In this document: one piece after another, positions 7,961-16,922 of the stretch
How the letters are laid out: each line of letters starts with the position of its first letter
Numbering within the stretch: the first letter of the stretch is position 1
Source of the DNA: a virus
Strand: one strand, 5' to 3'
Virus record (IMG/VR): IMGVR_UViG_3300036774_000066
Span: 92,610-156,609 of that record
Length of the DNA: 64,000 nucleotides
The notes under the pieces: model-generated
Told to the model about the DNA's origin: nothing
Databases searched by the model: none
The model's input: only the letters and a program-made list of their open reading frames with translations
Translations under genes and position numbers: made by a program

Positions 7961-8170
7961 TCAATCAACTATGGCATTCGCAGCATTCTCCATCCTCTGT
8001 CGCAAAGAACTCTCCCCTGACAACCGAGTCACTCTCTTGACTGCATCGGAATATTCCTCTCCATCTCCAGCAACACGGTCTTTCCAACAATCAAGATTCT
8101 CCCCACGAACAATCTCCCTGAGTCGGGCATCACACCGCATATTACCACAAGTTGAACATGACTTTTTCAT
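7961..8170 (-). CDS. Small Cys-rich hypothetical protein
   Basis: CxxC..C...C; GAGG SD. Confidence 0.55.
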   Translation of the reverse strand: MKKSCSTCGNMRCDARLREIVRGENLDCWKDRVAGDGEEYSDAVKRVTRLSGESSLRQRMENAANAIVD

Positions 8171-8179
8171 AGACTTACC

Positions 8180-8725
8180 TCACGACCGCACGTTAAGGTC
8201 AAAGGTATACTGCAACTCAATTTCCTCTGCCTCTTTGTTAATCTTCTGCATCTCTGCAAGCGCAGCATTCCAGCGATCAACCAAGACGGAAGCCTTACTT
8301 GACTTATCCCCAAACAAGGGATTTTTGGGCTGGATTCCGTACTCCAAACGGTCAGCCGGAAGATCGTTCTGCAAGTACCCCTGATTGCTTTCAATGATCT
8401 TCTTGAGGTTGACAACAGGAGAGGAGTCATACCCAATGAGGAAGCTCAACGTGGGATTCTTGCCGGAGTCCGAAATCCTTACCTCGATGTTGTACATGCC
8501 ATAGTTAAATGTATACCGGACAGGCATGGAAGAAAGACCCTCCTTGTCAAGCGAGTCCCGAACCTTTCCCTCAAGCCGTTTCGTGATCTTCTTGCCGTCT
8601 TCCGATTCCAGCCCGGCAATCACGGCACGGCACACCTTGGAACTCAGTCGGTTCCACTCAATACGTTCCTTAGACTCTTCAACAATCTTTTCCAACACCA
8701 GCGGCTTAACAAACCCGATTGACAT
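8180..8725 (-). CDS. Early hypothetical protein (MSIGFVKP...)
   Basis: Start refined by GGAGG SD. Confidence 0.7.
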   Translation of the reverse strand: MSIGFVKPLVLEKIVEESKERIEWNRLSSKVCRAVIAGLESEDGKKITKRLEGKVRDSLDKEGLSSMPVRYTFNYGMYNIEVRISDSGKNPTLSFLIGYDSSPVVNLKKIIESNQGYLQNDLPADRLEYGIQPKNPLFGDKSSKASVLVDRWNAALAEMQKINKEAEEIELQYTFDLNVRS

Positions 8726-8726
8726 A

Positions 8727-8978
8727 TCAGCCTCCCACCCCAACGGGGTAATAGTATTTAAGATACACCTCTTGGAGAATTTCAAAAGGAACTTCCCCGC
8801 ACTTCGGACAGGCATACTTCGCTGCCTCTGCCCGGAAAGCATCACCCTGTTTAATTGCATTCGCTATCAAAGAACACGCTTGCGCCTCTTCCTTCTCTCC
8901 ACACATTTCCCAAAGGGCCGCAGCTTCGGCCCACTGATTCATCCGCTCTTTCTCTCTTGCTTTCTGCCGAATCATCAT
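8727..8978 (-). CDS. Early hypothetical protein with CPKC motif
   Basis: First gene after sigma70 promoter; GGAGG SD. Confidence 0.7.
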   Translation of the reverse strand: MMIRQKAREKERMNQWAEAAALWEMCGEKEEAQACSLIANAIKQGDAFRAEAAKYACPKCGEVPFEILQEVYLKYYYPVGVGG

Positions 8979-8994
8979 ACTGACCTCCACTCTT

Positions 8995-9066
8995 AATATA
9001 CAACAACTACAAGGAAAAGTCAACAAAAATATTCAAAAACTTTTAATTCCTTGTAAGTCATTGATT
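8995..9066 (-). promoter_or_regulatory. Early sigma70-type promoter TTGACT-17-TATATT with perfect IHF consensus box AATCAATGACTTA (9054-9066)
   Basis: Matches WATCAANNNNTTR; mirrors 2666-2736. Confidence 0.8.
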
Positions 9067-9071
9067 TTCAA

Positions 9072-9143
9072 TCAGTCCTTTGCCCCTGAAAGTATCCTGA
9101 AAAAAGCCATCACCGCGAGGATTATCACAATCAGCGTCAGCAT
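9072..9143 (-). CDS. 23-aa hydrophobic micropeptide MLTLIVIILAVMAFFRILSGAKD
   Basis: AAAGGGG SD, own upstream motif; below ORF-track cutoff, read manually. Confidence 0.55.
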   Translation of the reverse strand: MLTLIVIILAVMAFFRILSGAKD

Positions 9144-9180
9144 ACAAGCCCCTTTCTTTTAGTTGTTTCTCTGTCTCCAA

Positions 9181-9199
9181 TATATAATATCGCAAATCT
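9181..9199 (-). promoter_or_regulatory. Putative class-2 promoter motif AGATTTGCG-ATA-TTATATA
   Basis: Repeat of motif at 2212-2230. Confidence 0.45.
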
Positions 9200-9206
9200 C
9201 ATGCCC

Positions 9207-9249
9207 CAAAAAGAAAACCCTCAAAACAAGCTAATTTTGAGGGTTTCCT
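9207..9249 (-). terminator. Intrinsic terminator after peptidase
   Basis: AAACCCTCAAAA / TTTTGAGGGTTT inverted repeat with T tail. Confidence 0.75.
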
Positions 9250-9306
9250 TAAAACCTGTAGACTTATCTCACATAACCCCCACAGAAGGAGAAAAGAACT
9301 CTCTCG

Positions 9307-10083
9307 TCACTCGCTCAATGTTTTGTGGATCGTCCAAAAGTCATCTGACAAATTCCGATCTGCGAGATAGTCATACGGAATTGTAAAATGCCCTGTCATT
9401 CCCCACGTCGCACCCCACGAGTTACGGACCAAAAACCGCTTCTGAGTATCATCATAGCCTACACACAGCACGGCATGACCTCCAAGAACCTGCTCACCAG
9501 ACTTAGGCATATCCACAATACCCGTCTGTGCAACATACGAACCCTCAAAACTCTCATACACGGTAAACCCAAAAACAAAAGGATACCCCAAGGATAACTG
9601 AGTTCGCATGTCGTCAACTGTATTAAGACGGGTATAACTTAACGAATCAGCAATCTTATGTGGGGAAGCTGCTGCATAGCAAGACAATGAAGGCTTCTTT
9701 GTAAACCTTGAAATAATATACGGCCACATACTCTCAGGGCACACCCCCAAAGAAAACAAAGTCTTCACCCCGTCTCGTATCGCAGCACCGGAGTCATACC
9801 TGACAGTACCTTCAAGTTTCCTTTCGTTATAGTAGATAAAAAGACGACTGAACATTATTGGAGTCTTCTTATCCTTCAAGTCAAGAAACTCGATTGCAGC
9901 AGAAAGGGCATTGGCAGTACATGATCCCAACTGTCCCTGATCGTAAACAGGAGGACAAAAAGTTCTCAAATCTACCACAGGGGGAAGGGAAGGAATACTC
10001 TTTTTGTAAACATGGTCGCGTCTGTCAGGTAAATCCGGCTTCCATCCGTATCTACTCATCTCAGGCTTTGAAAAAATCCACAT
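9307..10083 (-). CDS. Papain-like C1 cysteine peptidase (xylellain-like)
   Basis: YGWKPDLPD, DQGQLGSCTANA, GGHAV, RNSWG motifs. Confidence 0.92.
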   Translation of the reverse strand: MWIFSKPEMSRYGWKPDLPDRRDHVYKKSIPSLPPVVDLRTFCPPVYDQGQLGSCTANALSAAIEFLDLKDKKTPIMFSRLFIYYNERKLEGTVRYDSGAAIRDGVKTLFSLGVCPESMWPYIISRFTKKPSLSCYAAASPHKIADSLSYTRLNTVDDMRTQLSLGYPFVFGFTVYESFEGSYVAQTGIVDMPKSGEQVLGGHAVLCVGYDDTQKRFLVRNSWGATWGMTGHFTIPYDYLADRNLSDDFWTIHKTLSE

Positions 10084-10109
10084 AACTCCTCCTCTGTTAA
10101 AGTATAGAG

Positions 10110-10607
10110 TCAAGCTGGCTGAACTGAGTCCAACGAATCCACCCGAAATTCAGCATCGTCATAATGGATCAAAAAATATCGGTTACACCCGGCATTGACC
10201 TCCCTAACCGCGAGATTCTGAAACATCACAATATCCCCCACATTTACGTCAGGACGGCTGTAATTCCGACCCTTGGGAACATCAATCACCTGTTGACCAA
10301 AGCTGTTCCTACGCCCTCCCCCGGATGACCAATACACCGATTTCTCTCCAAGCCGCACAACCTTACCTATCCTCCACACACGCCAACACGTCGCCGGAAT
10401 AATCAATCCAACTTTAGACTTTACTTCCTGCACAAGTGGCTCGACCATGATATAAGGCCCGATGATCGTCAACATATCGGCAACAATCAACTCTCGACCA
10501 CAACCCATACATCTACGACTCTCCCGTGCCTCTAAGACTTTTCCCTCGTCAACATCTTTCCATTCCCGTGTCTTGAGACAAAATTGGCAAGCATACGGCT
10601 CACTCAT
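10110..10607 (-). CDS. groES: GroES-like co-chaperonin with N-terminal Zn-ribbon
   Basis: IMVEP...SKVGLIIP...GKVVRLG...DVNVGDIVMF...YFLIHYDD; N-terminal CxxC...CxxC. Confidence 0.7.
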   Translation of the reverse strand: MSEPYACQFCLKTREWKDVDEGKVLEARESRRCMGCGRELIVADMLTIIGPYIMVEPLVQEVKSKVGLIIPATCWRVWRIGKVVRLGEKSVYWSSGGGRRNSFGQQVIDVPKGRNYSRPDVNVGDIVMFQNLAVREVNAGCNRYFLIHYDDAEFRVDSLDSVQPA

Positions 10608-10810
10608 TCCCGTAACTCCTTTACAACAGGGGATGCTTCACAAACTACAAACTGATTAGACTGTCCTGCCATTACCTCATGTCTAAAAATATCATTGTAA
10701 ACAGGCTCTCCGTCCCGAAACTCCAAAACAAACGTCGGACGTGTAATAGCCGCTACACACTTCACAGGACGACCTTCAAGGATATATCTCTTTCCTACTT
10801 GTAAAGTCAT
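10604..10810 (-). CDS. Hypothetical protein
   Basis: ATGA-coupled ORF. Confidence 0.6.
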   Translation of the reverse strand: MTLQVGKRYILEGRPVKCVAAITRPTFVLEFRDGEPVYNDIFRHEVMAGQSNQFVVCEASPVVKELRE

Positions 10811-11076
10811 AGCTCAGTTTCTTCTTTCTCATCAAATTCAAGTGCAAAGGAAATAAAACTCTCCTCTTGCTTATCATCTCTCAACACAACAGAAAATCCT
10901 AAAAATGTGTGCTCTACCCTCACCCTCACTTCAAACCCAAACTCTTCCCTGACCAAAACCTCTGTATAAGCAATCAACTCACGTAAAGATATTTCCGAAG
11001 GAGAAATAAAGTATCTCTTCACCGGAACGCGAAGTCTATCCACCAAATCCTGAAGTAAAGCAGTGTCAAGCATCAA
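10807..11076 (-). CDS. Hypothetical protein
   Basis: Coupled ORF. Confidence 0.6.
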   Translation of the reverse strand: MMLDTALLQDLVDRLRVPVKRYFISPSEISLRELIAYTEVLVREEFGFEVRVRVEHTFLGFSVVLRDDKQEESFISFALEFDEKEETEL

Positions 11077-11333
11077 AGATACCCATTTCCATTACAACGA
11101 TCACAAGAAACCTCAACCCCTATACCAAGTTCTCTCTTTCCTCGACCCCAACAAGTCATACAAGCATCCCGTAAATCTTTCAACATAACAGAAACAGTAG
11201 GATTATCTAAGTTTCTCCCGAAGCGAACAAAAACCATGTCCTCCTTTTGATTACACAACTCCGCATTATCAACAACGCAACTTCCTAAAGTTACGTGATG
11301 TACTGTAGTACCAATTGCAGGCTTTTCTATCAT
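11073..11333 (-). CDS. Small protein with DnaJ-type CxxCxGxG zinc finger
   Basis: CMTCWGRG and CDRCNGNG. Confidence 0.65.
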   Translation of the reverse strand: MIEKPAIGTTVHHVTLGSCVVDNAELCNQKEDMVFVRFGRNLDNPTVSVMLKDLRDACMTCWGRGKRELGIGVEVSCDRCNGNGYL

Positions 11334-11782
11334 ACTTTACTGCTCCCGTCGTTCACAGGCTCCTCATCGGGATAAGGATTATTGACAAAATTCAATGCAA
11401 CATCAGCCTGCAACATCTTCAAAATAGTACACTCCGCACAAACCTTAGTAAGAATATCTGCATGTTCTTTACTTTTAGTGGTACATATTATATCTACAAC
11501 CCAATCAACATCATCCTCACCTTCTTTTTGCATGTTTTCTACAATGTCAATGGCAATATCTCCAAAACCCTTAACATTATCAGAAAAACAAGCACGATTA
11601 TCCCTCCTAAGAAGATGCGCAGTTATTCCTCTCCCTATGCACACCCCAACCGCCGTCTCCACAAAGTCAAGAGCAGAGGGATTCTTCTTGCCAGAACTTC
11701 CGACAAAGGTTACTCGACCACCTACCCCTTCCCAAGTCACCTCTACCGCTTCACAAGTACGTATGTCCAGTTTAACCGCCAT
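11330..11782 (-). CDS. Hypothetical protein
   Basis: GGAGAG SD; start refined to MAVKLD. Confidence 0.65.
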   Translation of the reverse strand: MAVKLDIRTCEAVEVTWEGVGGRVTFVGSSGKKNPSALDFVETAVGVCIGRGITAHLLRRDNRACFSDNVKGFGDIAIDIVENMQKEGEDDVDWVVDIICTTKSKEHADILTKVCAECTILKMLQADVALNFVNNPYPDEEPVNDGSSKV

Positions 11783-12099
11783 CACTCTCCTCCCGAACAA
11801 TGAAAAAATCCACTGTACTTACACTGGTAAACTTGGTTATGCCCATACGTATAGGCATAAAAACATGCAGACTCTTCTGAAAAGTGGTTCAACTTTCCAC
11901 AGACACAATACCTTGACAAGGTATGCCTAACCTTCTCAAAGCAAGAAGGACACAACCACTCTTTAGCCTCTTTACTAAATGCAAGTCCTTTCGCAAACCA
12001 CTTCTTCTTTAAGCCATCCTCTATCTCACGCCCTACCCTAACTATTAGTTTCTCACTAAAACACACAGAGCAAGGATATTCATACAATTCCCTGCTCAA
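11782..12099 (-). CDS. Cys-rich hypothetical protein
   Basis: Multiple CxxC/CxC. Confidence 0.6.
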   Translation of the reverse strand: MSRELYEYPCSVCFSEKLIVRVGREIEDGLKKKWFAKGLAFSKEAKEWLCPSCFEKVRHTLSRYCVCGKLNHFSEESACFYAYTYGHNQVYQCKYSGFFHCSGGE

Positions 12100-12317
12100 T
12101 TGGGCAACTTCCTTATCTCAGGTTCAACTCCAAAAGTAGTACGGACATACTCAGCCCCATACCCAGGGGTAGTCTCAAACTGCATATTCATTCCACCCTG
12201 CTCACGCATCCCCATAGCATAAACCATAGGATTAGAATACTGAGTGAAAAATACCACAGTATCATTATACCCCTCTCGGGTAAAAACAAAAACTTTGTCA
12301 ACCTGTACCTGAAACAT
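12096..12317 (-). CDS. Hypothetical protein (MFQVQVDK...)
   Basis: TGATG coupling, GGAG SD. Confidence 0.6.
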   Translation of the reverse strand: MFQVQVDKVFVFTREGYNDTVVFFTQYSNPMVYAMGMREQGGMNMQFETTPGYGAEYVRTTFGVEPEIRKLPN

Positions 12318-12469
12318 CACTTCTCTCCCAACAATCTCAAAATTCTCTTTTGTCGTTTCTTCTTTGCACAAGTAACGCAAAAAGAGGGGTTCTTGAGTTT
12401 ACACGCAACACATGGGTCTTTTGTGATCCTATCCATATCCTCATCAGAAATTTCATCTTCTTGCTTCAT
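12317..12469 (-). CDS. 50-aa CxxC-CxxC protein (MKQEDEISDEDMDRITKDPCVAC...)
   Basis: Read manually; abuts both neighbours. Confidence 0.55.
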   Translation of the reverse strand: MKQEDEISDEDMDRITKDPCVACKLKNPSFCVTCAKKKRQKRILRLLGEK

Positions 12470-12739
12470 CTATACGCATGTCCTAAACATCAACCGAGAA
12501 GAAAATTTCTTTCCCCTTGACTCATCAAAATATGAAAAGCGCACCACACAAGACTCGCAAGCAATATCCCCCGAAGTCAAGGTAACTGAAATAACATCTT
12601 CTTTAATAGAAATTGTCCTATTTACAGAGACAGAATCTCCTCCGTCCTTGGACAATAACAGGTTGACATACTTCTTGTAAACATCTTCTTTCCAAGGCAC
12701 CTTAAAAGACAAAACCGGAGGACTTGTTACTATCATCAT
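12470..12739 (-). CDS. Hypothetical protein
   Basis: Follows polA in operon. Confidence 0.6.
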   Translation of the reverse strand: MMIVTSPPVLSFKVPWKEDVYKKYVNLLLSKDGGDSVSVNRTISIKEDVISVTLTSGDIACESCVVRFSYFDESRGKKFSSRLMFRTCV

Positions 12740-12742
12740 AGA

Positions 12743-14923
12743 CTATCCTTTCGGAACCCACATATTATTTTTATAGACAAAAGGAAACAGCGTTCCCCAT
12801 GTCCTACCTATCGAAATCTCTGCCAACATCGGAACTTTCCACTCAGTAATTTTGATTTCCATGATATTCTGCAACATCAAGACCATTTCTGTAAACTTCG
12901 CCGGATTTCTTGCGTCTATCGAGAAGTTTATCTCATCGTGAATGGATGACTTGAGATAAATCCCATCATCTCTACCAATCCAATTTCGACACTTGTTGTA
13001 TATGTTAATCAAAGAAATTCGCATCATGTCTGCTGCGCAACCCTGAACAGGGTGATTCGTACAAGTCCTATCTGCATATCCAGACATTCTTCTGCTGCCA
13101 AGCGAATACCAATGTCTAAGTCTGCGCTTACGCCCAAAATAAGTGGAAATATACCCGTTACGTCTCCCAAAATTCATCACACCGTCACACCAACTCCGAA
13201 TACCAATAAGACCTTCCCACCACCTGTCAAGTAAAACCTGTGCCTCTATTTCAGATATTCCAAGCTGACGTGAAAATGTCTTAGACCCACCTTGGTATAA
13301 TGCTCCAAAGTTTAACGCTTTTGCAGCCTTCCTTTTTTCCTTGTCATATAAGGATTCGTCATTGTTACATATACACATCAAAGCAGTAGACTTATGCACA
13401 TCTTTATTGTTTGTAAAAGCATCTATCCAAACAGGCTCGTTCGCTAAATTTGCTGGAATCCGTAACTCCTGTGCTGCATAATCAATTGACACCCACAGAT
13501 GATATGGGTAATTTGGCTTGTATGCAGCACGTATGTTCTCGTCAAGTGAAAAACCCTCAATCCCGTCCTTACCATCAACCTTCTCAAAACGGTAATTCAG
13601 GAAGGAAAATATATCTGGTGAGTCTACAGAAACAGGTTCTTCTATTGCCTTGTAATATGCAGGGTGCGGCTTTGGAATCGCTTGACCGTTAATCTTGCAA
13701 AAATACTTATTCTTTGCATCAGAACCAGAGGCGAAACGCCCCGTGGGTACAGCGTTATGTTTGTAGGCAAATCTGACGCCTCCTCCCAAATCCTCTCTCC
13801 ATTCATTCAAAAACGGCTTACAATATGTCGTCTCAAACTTCTTCAGCTTCTTATACCTGACCAACAAAGGTATAACCGGATGCTGACCTATTAACTCCTC
13901 CAATGCCTCTTCATCCGTAGAGATACTCTTTCCTGATTTTGTCATCTTCTTAGGCTGTATTCCAAGCCTCTGTAAAGCAATCAGTAATTGCTTCGTTGAT
14001 CCTAACCCAAAACTATACCCAAAATGAGCGAAAATCTCCATTGACAAATTAGCCAACTTATCTGTAACTTCTGAATCCAGCTTCTTAACCAAATCTCTGT
14101 CAATTTTAACAGGGTCATCTTCCATTACCATTAAAGGCACCAGAACTTGATTGTCAATATCGCATACAAATTTCATCTCTTCATATACATGATACAAGAC
14201 AAAAATCAAATTGTACGGGGCAAGCACGTCATCACACGCATACGCAAAGCAGTCATTCGGGTCATTGTATGCAAAGTTCGTTACCTCCTCCCGTTCACTC
14301 CCTACGCTATCCCCCGCCTCTCCATCCCCTTCGGAACCTCCCTCCCCATCCTGACTACCCTTCTCCCCTTCCGGTCCTTCCATGACCTCCTCGAAGGTCT
14401 TCATCTTCCACCCAAGAAAGTGCAAAGCTGACCATTTCAAGTTAGGCATTCGGACATTCGTATCTGCGTTGAATGTAACCACGGATAAGTCAAAGTAAGG
14501 CATCTGGTCAATATCCATAAACTTTCCGAGTCCGGCCTTCTTTAATACTCTATAATCAAACCGATAATTGTAGAATAATGCACGCTTCGCATATTTACAA
14601 AAAGCAGCAACTACCCGTAAAGCCAAATCAAGAGGTACATTCTTTCCAACATGGTGTCCTACAGGCATGTAAAAGGCTTGTGTTTTACTTATAGCAATAG
14701 AAATTCCAACAAGATTTTCCTTCTCTGTGTTCAACCCTGTCGTCTCTGTGTCAATCGAAATTAGTTCTGGCTGAAAAGCATGTGCAGCAGCAATCAGATT
14801 ATTCAACTGATCTTCTGTTGTAATCAAACGCCTATCTTGACCTGAAGGATAATTCGGGTCCGGCTGTGCAGCACTGTACCAATGCTTATATCCCTTTTGA
14901 CGGGCATCTTTCCCAATTGGCAT
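12743..14923 (-). CDS. polA: Family A DNA polymerase with 3'-5' exonuclease domain
   Basis: SIDTETTGL (ExoI), TGRFAS, IDYAAQELR (A), RKAAKALNFGALY (B), IHDE (C). Confidence 0.95.
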   Translation of the reverse strand: MPIGKDARQKGYKHWYSAAQPDPNYPSGQDRRLITTEDQLNNLIAAAHAFQPELISIDTETTGLNTEKENLVGISIAISKTQAFYMPVGHHVGKNVPLDLALRVVAAFCKYAKRALFYNYRFDYRVLKKAGLGKFMDIDQMPYFDLSVVTFNADTNVRMPNLKWSALHFLGWKMKTFEEVMEGPEGEKGSQDGEGGSEGDGEAGDSVGSEREEVTNFAYNDPNDCFAYACDDVLAPYNLIFVLYHVYEEMKFVCDIDNQVLVPLMVMEDDPVKIDRDLVKKLDSEVTDKLANLSMEIFAHFGYSFGLGSTKQLLIALQRLGIQPKKMTKSGKSISTDEEALEELIGQHPVIPLLVRYKKLKKFETTYCKPFLNEWREDLGGGVRFAYKHNAVPTGRFASGSDAKNKYFCKINGQAIPKPHPAYYKAIEEPVSVDSPDIFSFLNYRFEKVDGKDGIEGFSLDENIRAAYKPNYPYHLWVSIDYAAQELRIPANLANEPVWIDAFTNNKDVHKSTALMCICNNDESLYDKEKRKAAKALNFGALYQGGSKTFSRQLGISEIEAQVLLDRWWEGLIGIRSWCDGVMNFGRRNGYISTYFGRKRRLRHWYSLGSRRMSGYADRTCTNHPVQGCAADMMRISLINIYNKCRNWIGRDDGIYLKSSIHDEINFSIDARNPAKFTEMVLMLQNIMEIKITEWKVPMLAEISIGRTWGTLFPFVYKNNMWVPKG

Positions 14924-15366
14924 CAGACTTTCCTATTCAATAACGTATTCATAAAAGACAAACAAACCATATTCGCATAACTCAAAAAGTCTACTCTCTG
15001 TGCAATGAATTTCGATCTCTCAAAAAGCAAGTTGCCCCTCAAGTCAATCCTCTCAATGTCCGCGTACCCATGCAAAATCTCGTCTGGGACATCCCCCCGA
15101 GAACGTAAAGTTCTTTCTATATCAACATCGGTATACCCAAGAAACACCAACACATCATAAGGCCGATACTGTTTAGCCTCTGAAAAGCAATGCAGACAAT
15201 CCTTAAATATCTTTCCTGACCTTCTTCCTCCTGCTTCATCGTCATGGAAGGGACAGAAACAAAGCTGCCCAACATAAGGGTCTTCCAATCCTACCTGTTC
15301 AAGTAAAGGCAGGATTTTGAAGTCCTTGTTCGCCCACCGTATCAATACTCCTCTTGACAAAGGCAT
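14923..15366 (-). CDS. Primase-type CHC2 zinc-finger protein without TOPRIM domain
   Basis: CFCPFHDD...SGKIF...HCFS; only ~147 aa. Confidence 0.65.
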   Translation of the reverse strand: MPLSRGVLIRWANKDFKILPLLEQVGLEDPYVGQLCFCPFHDDEAGGRRSGKIFKDCLHCFSEAKQYRPYDVLVFLGYTDVDIERTLRSRGDVPDEILHGYADIERIDLRGNLLFERSKFIAQRVDFLSYANMVCLSFMNTLLNRKV

Positions 15367-15370
15367 AGGC

Positions 15371-15529
15371 TCATTTTTTCTCCCCACTAACCAAGGGGTT
15401 TCCCAAGGAAGAAAGAGACGAAATAGCTATATCAACCGAAACCACAAAGCCACTTAGCAGAAACATAATAGACAAAATAAGAAAAATTCCTGTAATACCG
15501 TGTCTCTGAACCACTGAAAAAATCGGCAT
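15371..15529 (-). CDS. 52-aa predicted membrane protein
   Basis: GGAGG SD; hydrophobic GIFLILSIMFLLSGFVVSV; read manually. Confidence 0.55.
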   Translation of the reverse strand: MPIFSVVQRHGITGIFLILSIMFLLSGFVVSVDIAISSLSSLGNPLVSGEKK

Positions 15530-15530
15530 A

Positions 15531-16922
15531 CTACCCTCCAAATCCAGGTAAGGTATTCGTTACCAGTAATTGTGTAAAGTCAACAGGAGCAGAAACTCCT
15601 CCCGTTCCTTTTTCATCTCCGACAACACAATATTCAGGGTCAAAAAAGACAGTAACAGGACTTTCAAAGGTAGTCACATATCTATTCTTTGGTAAATTTA
15701 TCAATATCTCCTTTCTTTGCTTCAGGGAATCCGAAGTATAAACAAACGACACGTATGTTGAATCTCTCTCCAATGCGTTTATCTCAGCCAACGCAGTAAG
15801 AGGGTATGCTCCCTCTACCCCTCCCCTCGTTGGCTTTCTGACAATATCATACCACGTCCTATTTGTCTGAGATAACATCATCAGGGAAAATGAAGTCCCG
15901 TGAAAGTCCATACAAAGATTGTTGAAAAAAGCAACGTACCTATTCGCTGGCTCTTCCATATCATGTGGAGCAAGAAACTTGAACTTCTGCGCGTAATCCA
16001 CAACCATGTAATGAATCGGAAAATTCAGCCTTGACAAGCGAGACAAAATACCAGAAAATGACGTATTTGAAAAGTCAGAAATATCAAGTATTTCCAACTT
16101 GCCATGCTCAGAGTTATTCAACAAGTCATCGCTTACTTCATCGAGTATATGGCTCTGCTCCTCTGGATTCATAGTTGCAAAAATTATCTTTTCCTTCGGA
16201 ACCGGACGAAAGATACTCCTGAATTTTTCGTGTTTGGAATGCCTTGACAAAAAGTAAGACATCAACAAGTGCTTCGGCATCTCAAACGACAAATACACAC
16301 CATTCAAACCACATCTAACAGAATTTCCATACGCCGCCGACAACCCCAACGTGGTCTTTCCTTGACCTGCAAACCCTCCCACTGAGTACATAGTCCCGAA
16401 TGCAATCCCTCTCAGATGCTCGTCCAACTCCTTTACAAACGTCAACATTCCTACAGGCGCAGACTTCCTCTTCAGATACGCTTCTTTGAAACTAAGTTGC
16501 TTCTGCTCAGTTACAGAAGAAACTTTCTCCAATACCTTAGAAATCTGCGAAAGAAGCTGGTCCTTAGATAACTTACTTATGCCCTTTGAAATCTCCAATA
16601 ACGACCTTGACAACTCGCCTTTTTGAACAGCATCTTGATGTATCTCAATGTACCCAAGAAATTCCGCAATGTTAATATCATCTTTCAATGCTGGAACTGA
16701 CCCTGTATACCCCATGTTCCCTATGATAAAATCAAGGGAAGGAATTTCCTTAGACTTTACAACAAGTCCAGAAATACGATTCAACAGCGGATCATCCAAT
16801 ACAGGAAGTACCGCCTGAAGCAATGCACACTTCTTCTCAAACGGTTGACCACCGAGAAGGTAGCCAATCATGTAATCAACAGGAGTGTAGTTGATATATG
16901 TAGTATTACTTTGTTCCGACAT
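15531..16922 (-). CDS. dnaB: DnaB-like (SF4) replicative helicase
   Basis: GFAGQGKT, YLSFEM, VVDYAQ, LSQTNR, LERDS, KNR motifs. Confidence 0.88.
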   Translation of the reverse strand: MSEQSNTTYINYTPVDYMIGYLLGGQPFEKKCALLQAVLPVLDDPLLNRISGLVVKSKEIPSLDFIIGNMGYTGSVPALKDDINIAEFLGYIEIHQDAVQKGELSRSLLEISKGISKLSKDQLLSQISKVLEKVSSVTEQKQLSFKEAYLKRKSAPVGMLTFVKELDEHLRGIAFGTMYSVGGFAGQGKTTLGLSAAYGNSVRCGLNGVYLSFEMPKHLLMSYFLSRHSKHEKFRSIFRPVPKEKIIFATMNPEEQSHILDEVSDDLLNNSEHGKLEILDISDFSNTSFSGILSRLSRLNFPIHYMVVDYAQKFKFLAPHDMEEPANRYVAFFNNLCMDFHGTSFSLMMLSQTNRTWYDIVRKPTRGGVEGAYPLTALAEINALERDSTYVSFVYTSDSLKQRKEILINLPKNRYVTTFESPVTVFFDPEYCVVGDEKGTGGVSAPVDFTQLLVTNTLPGFGG

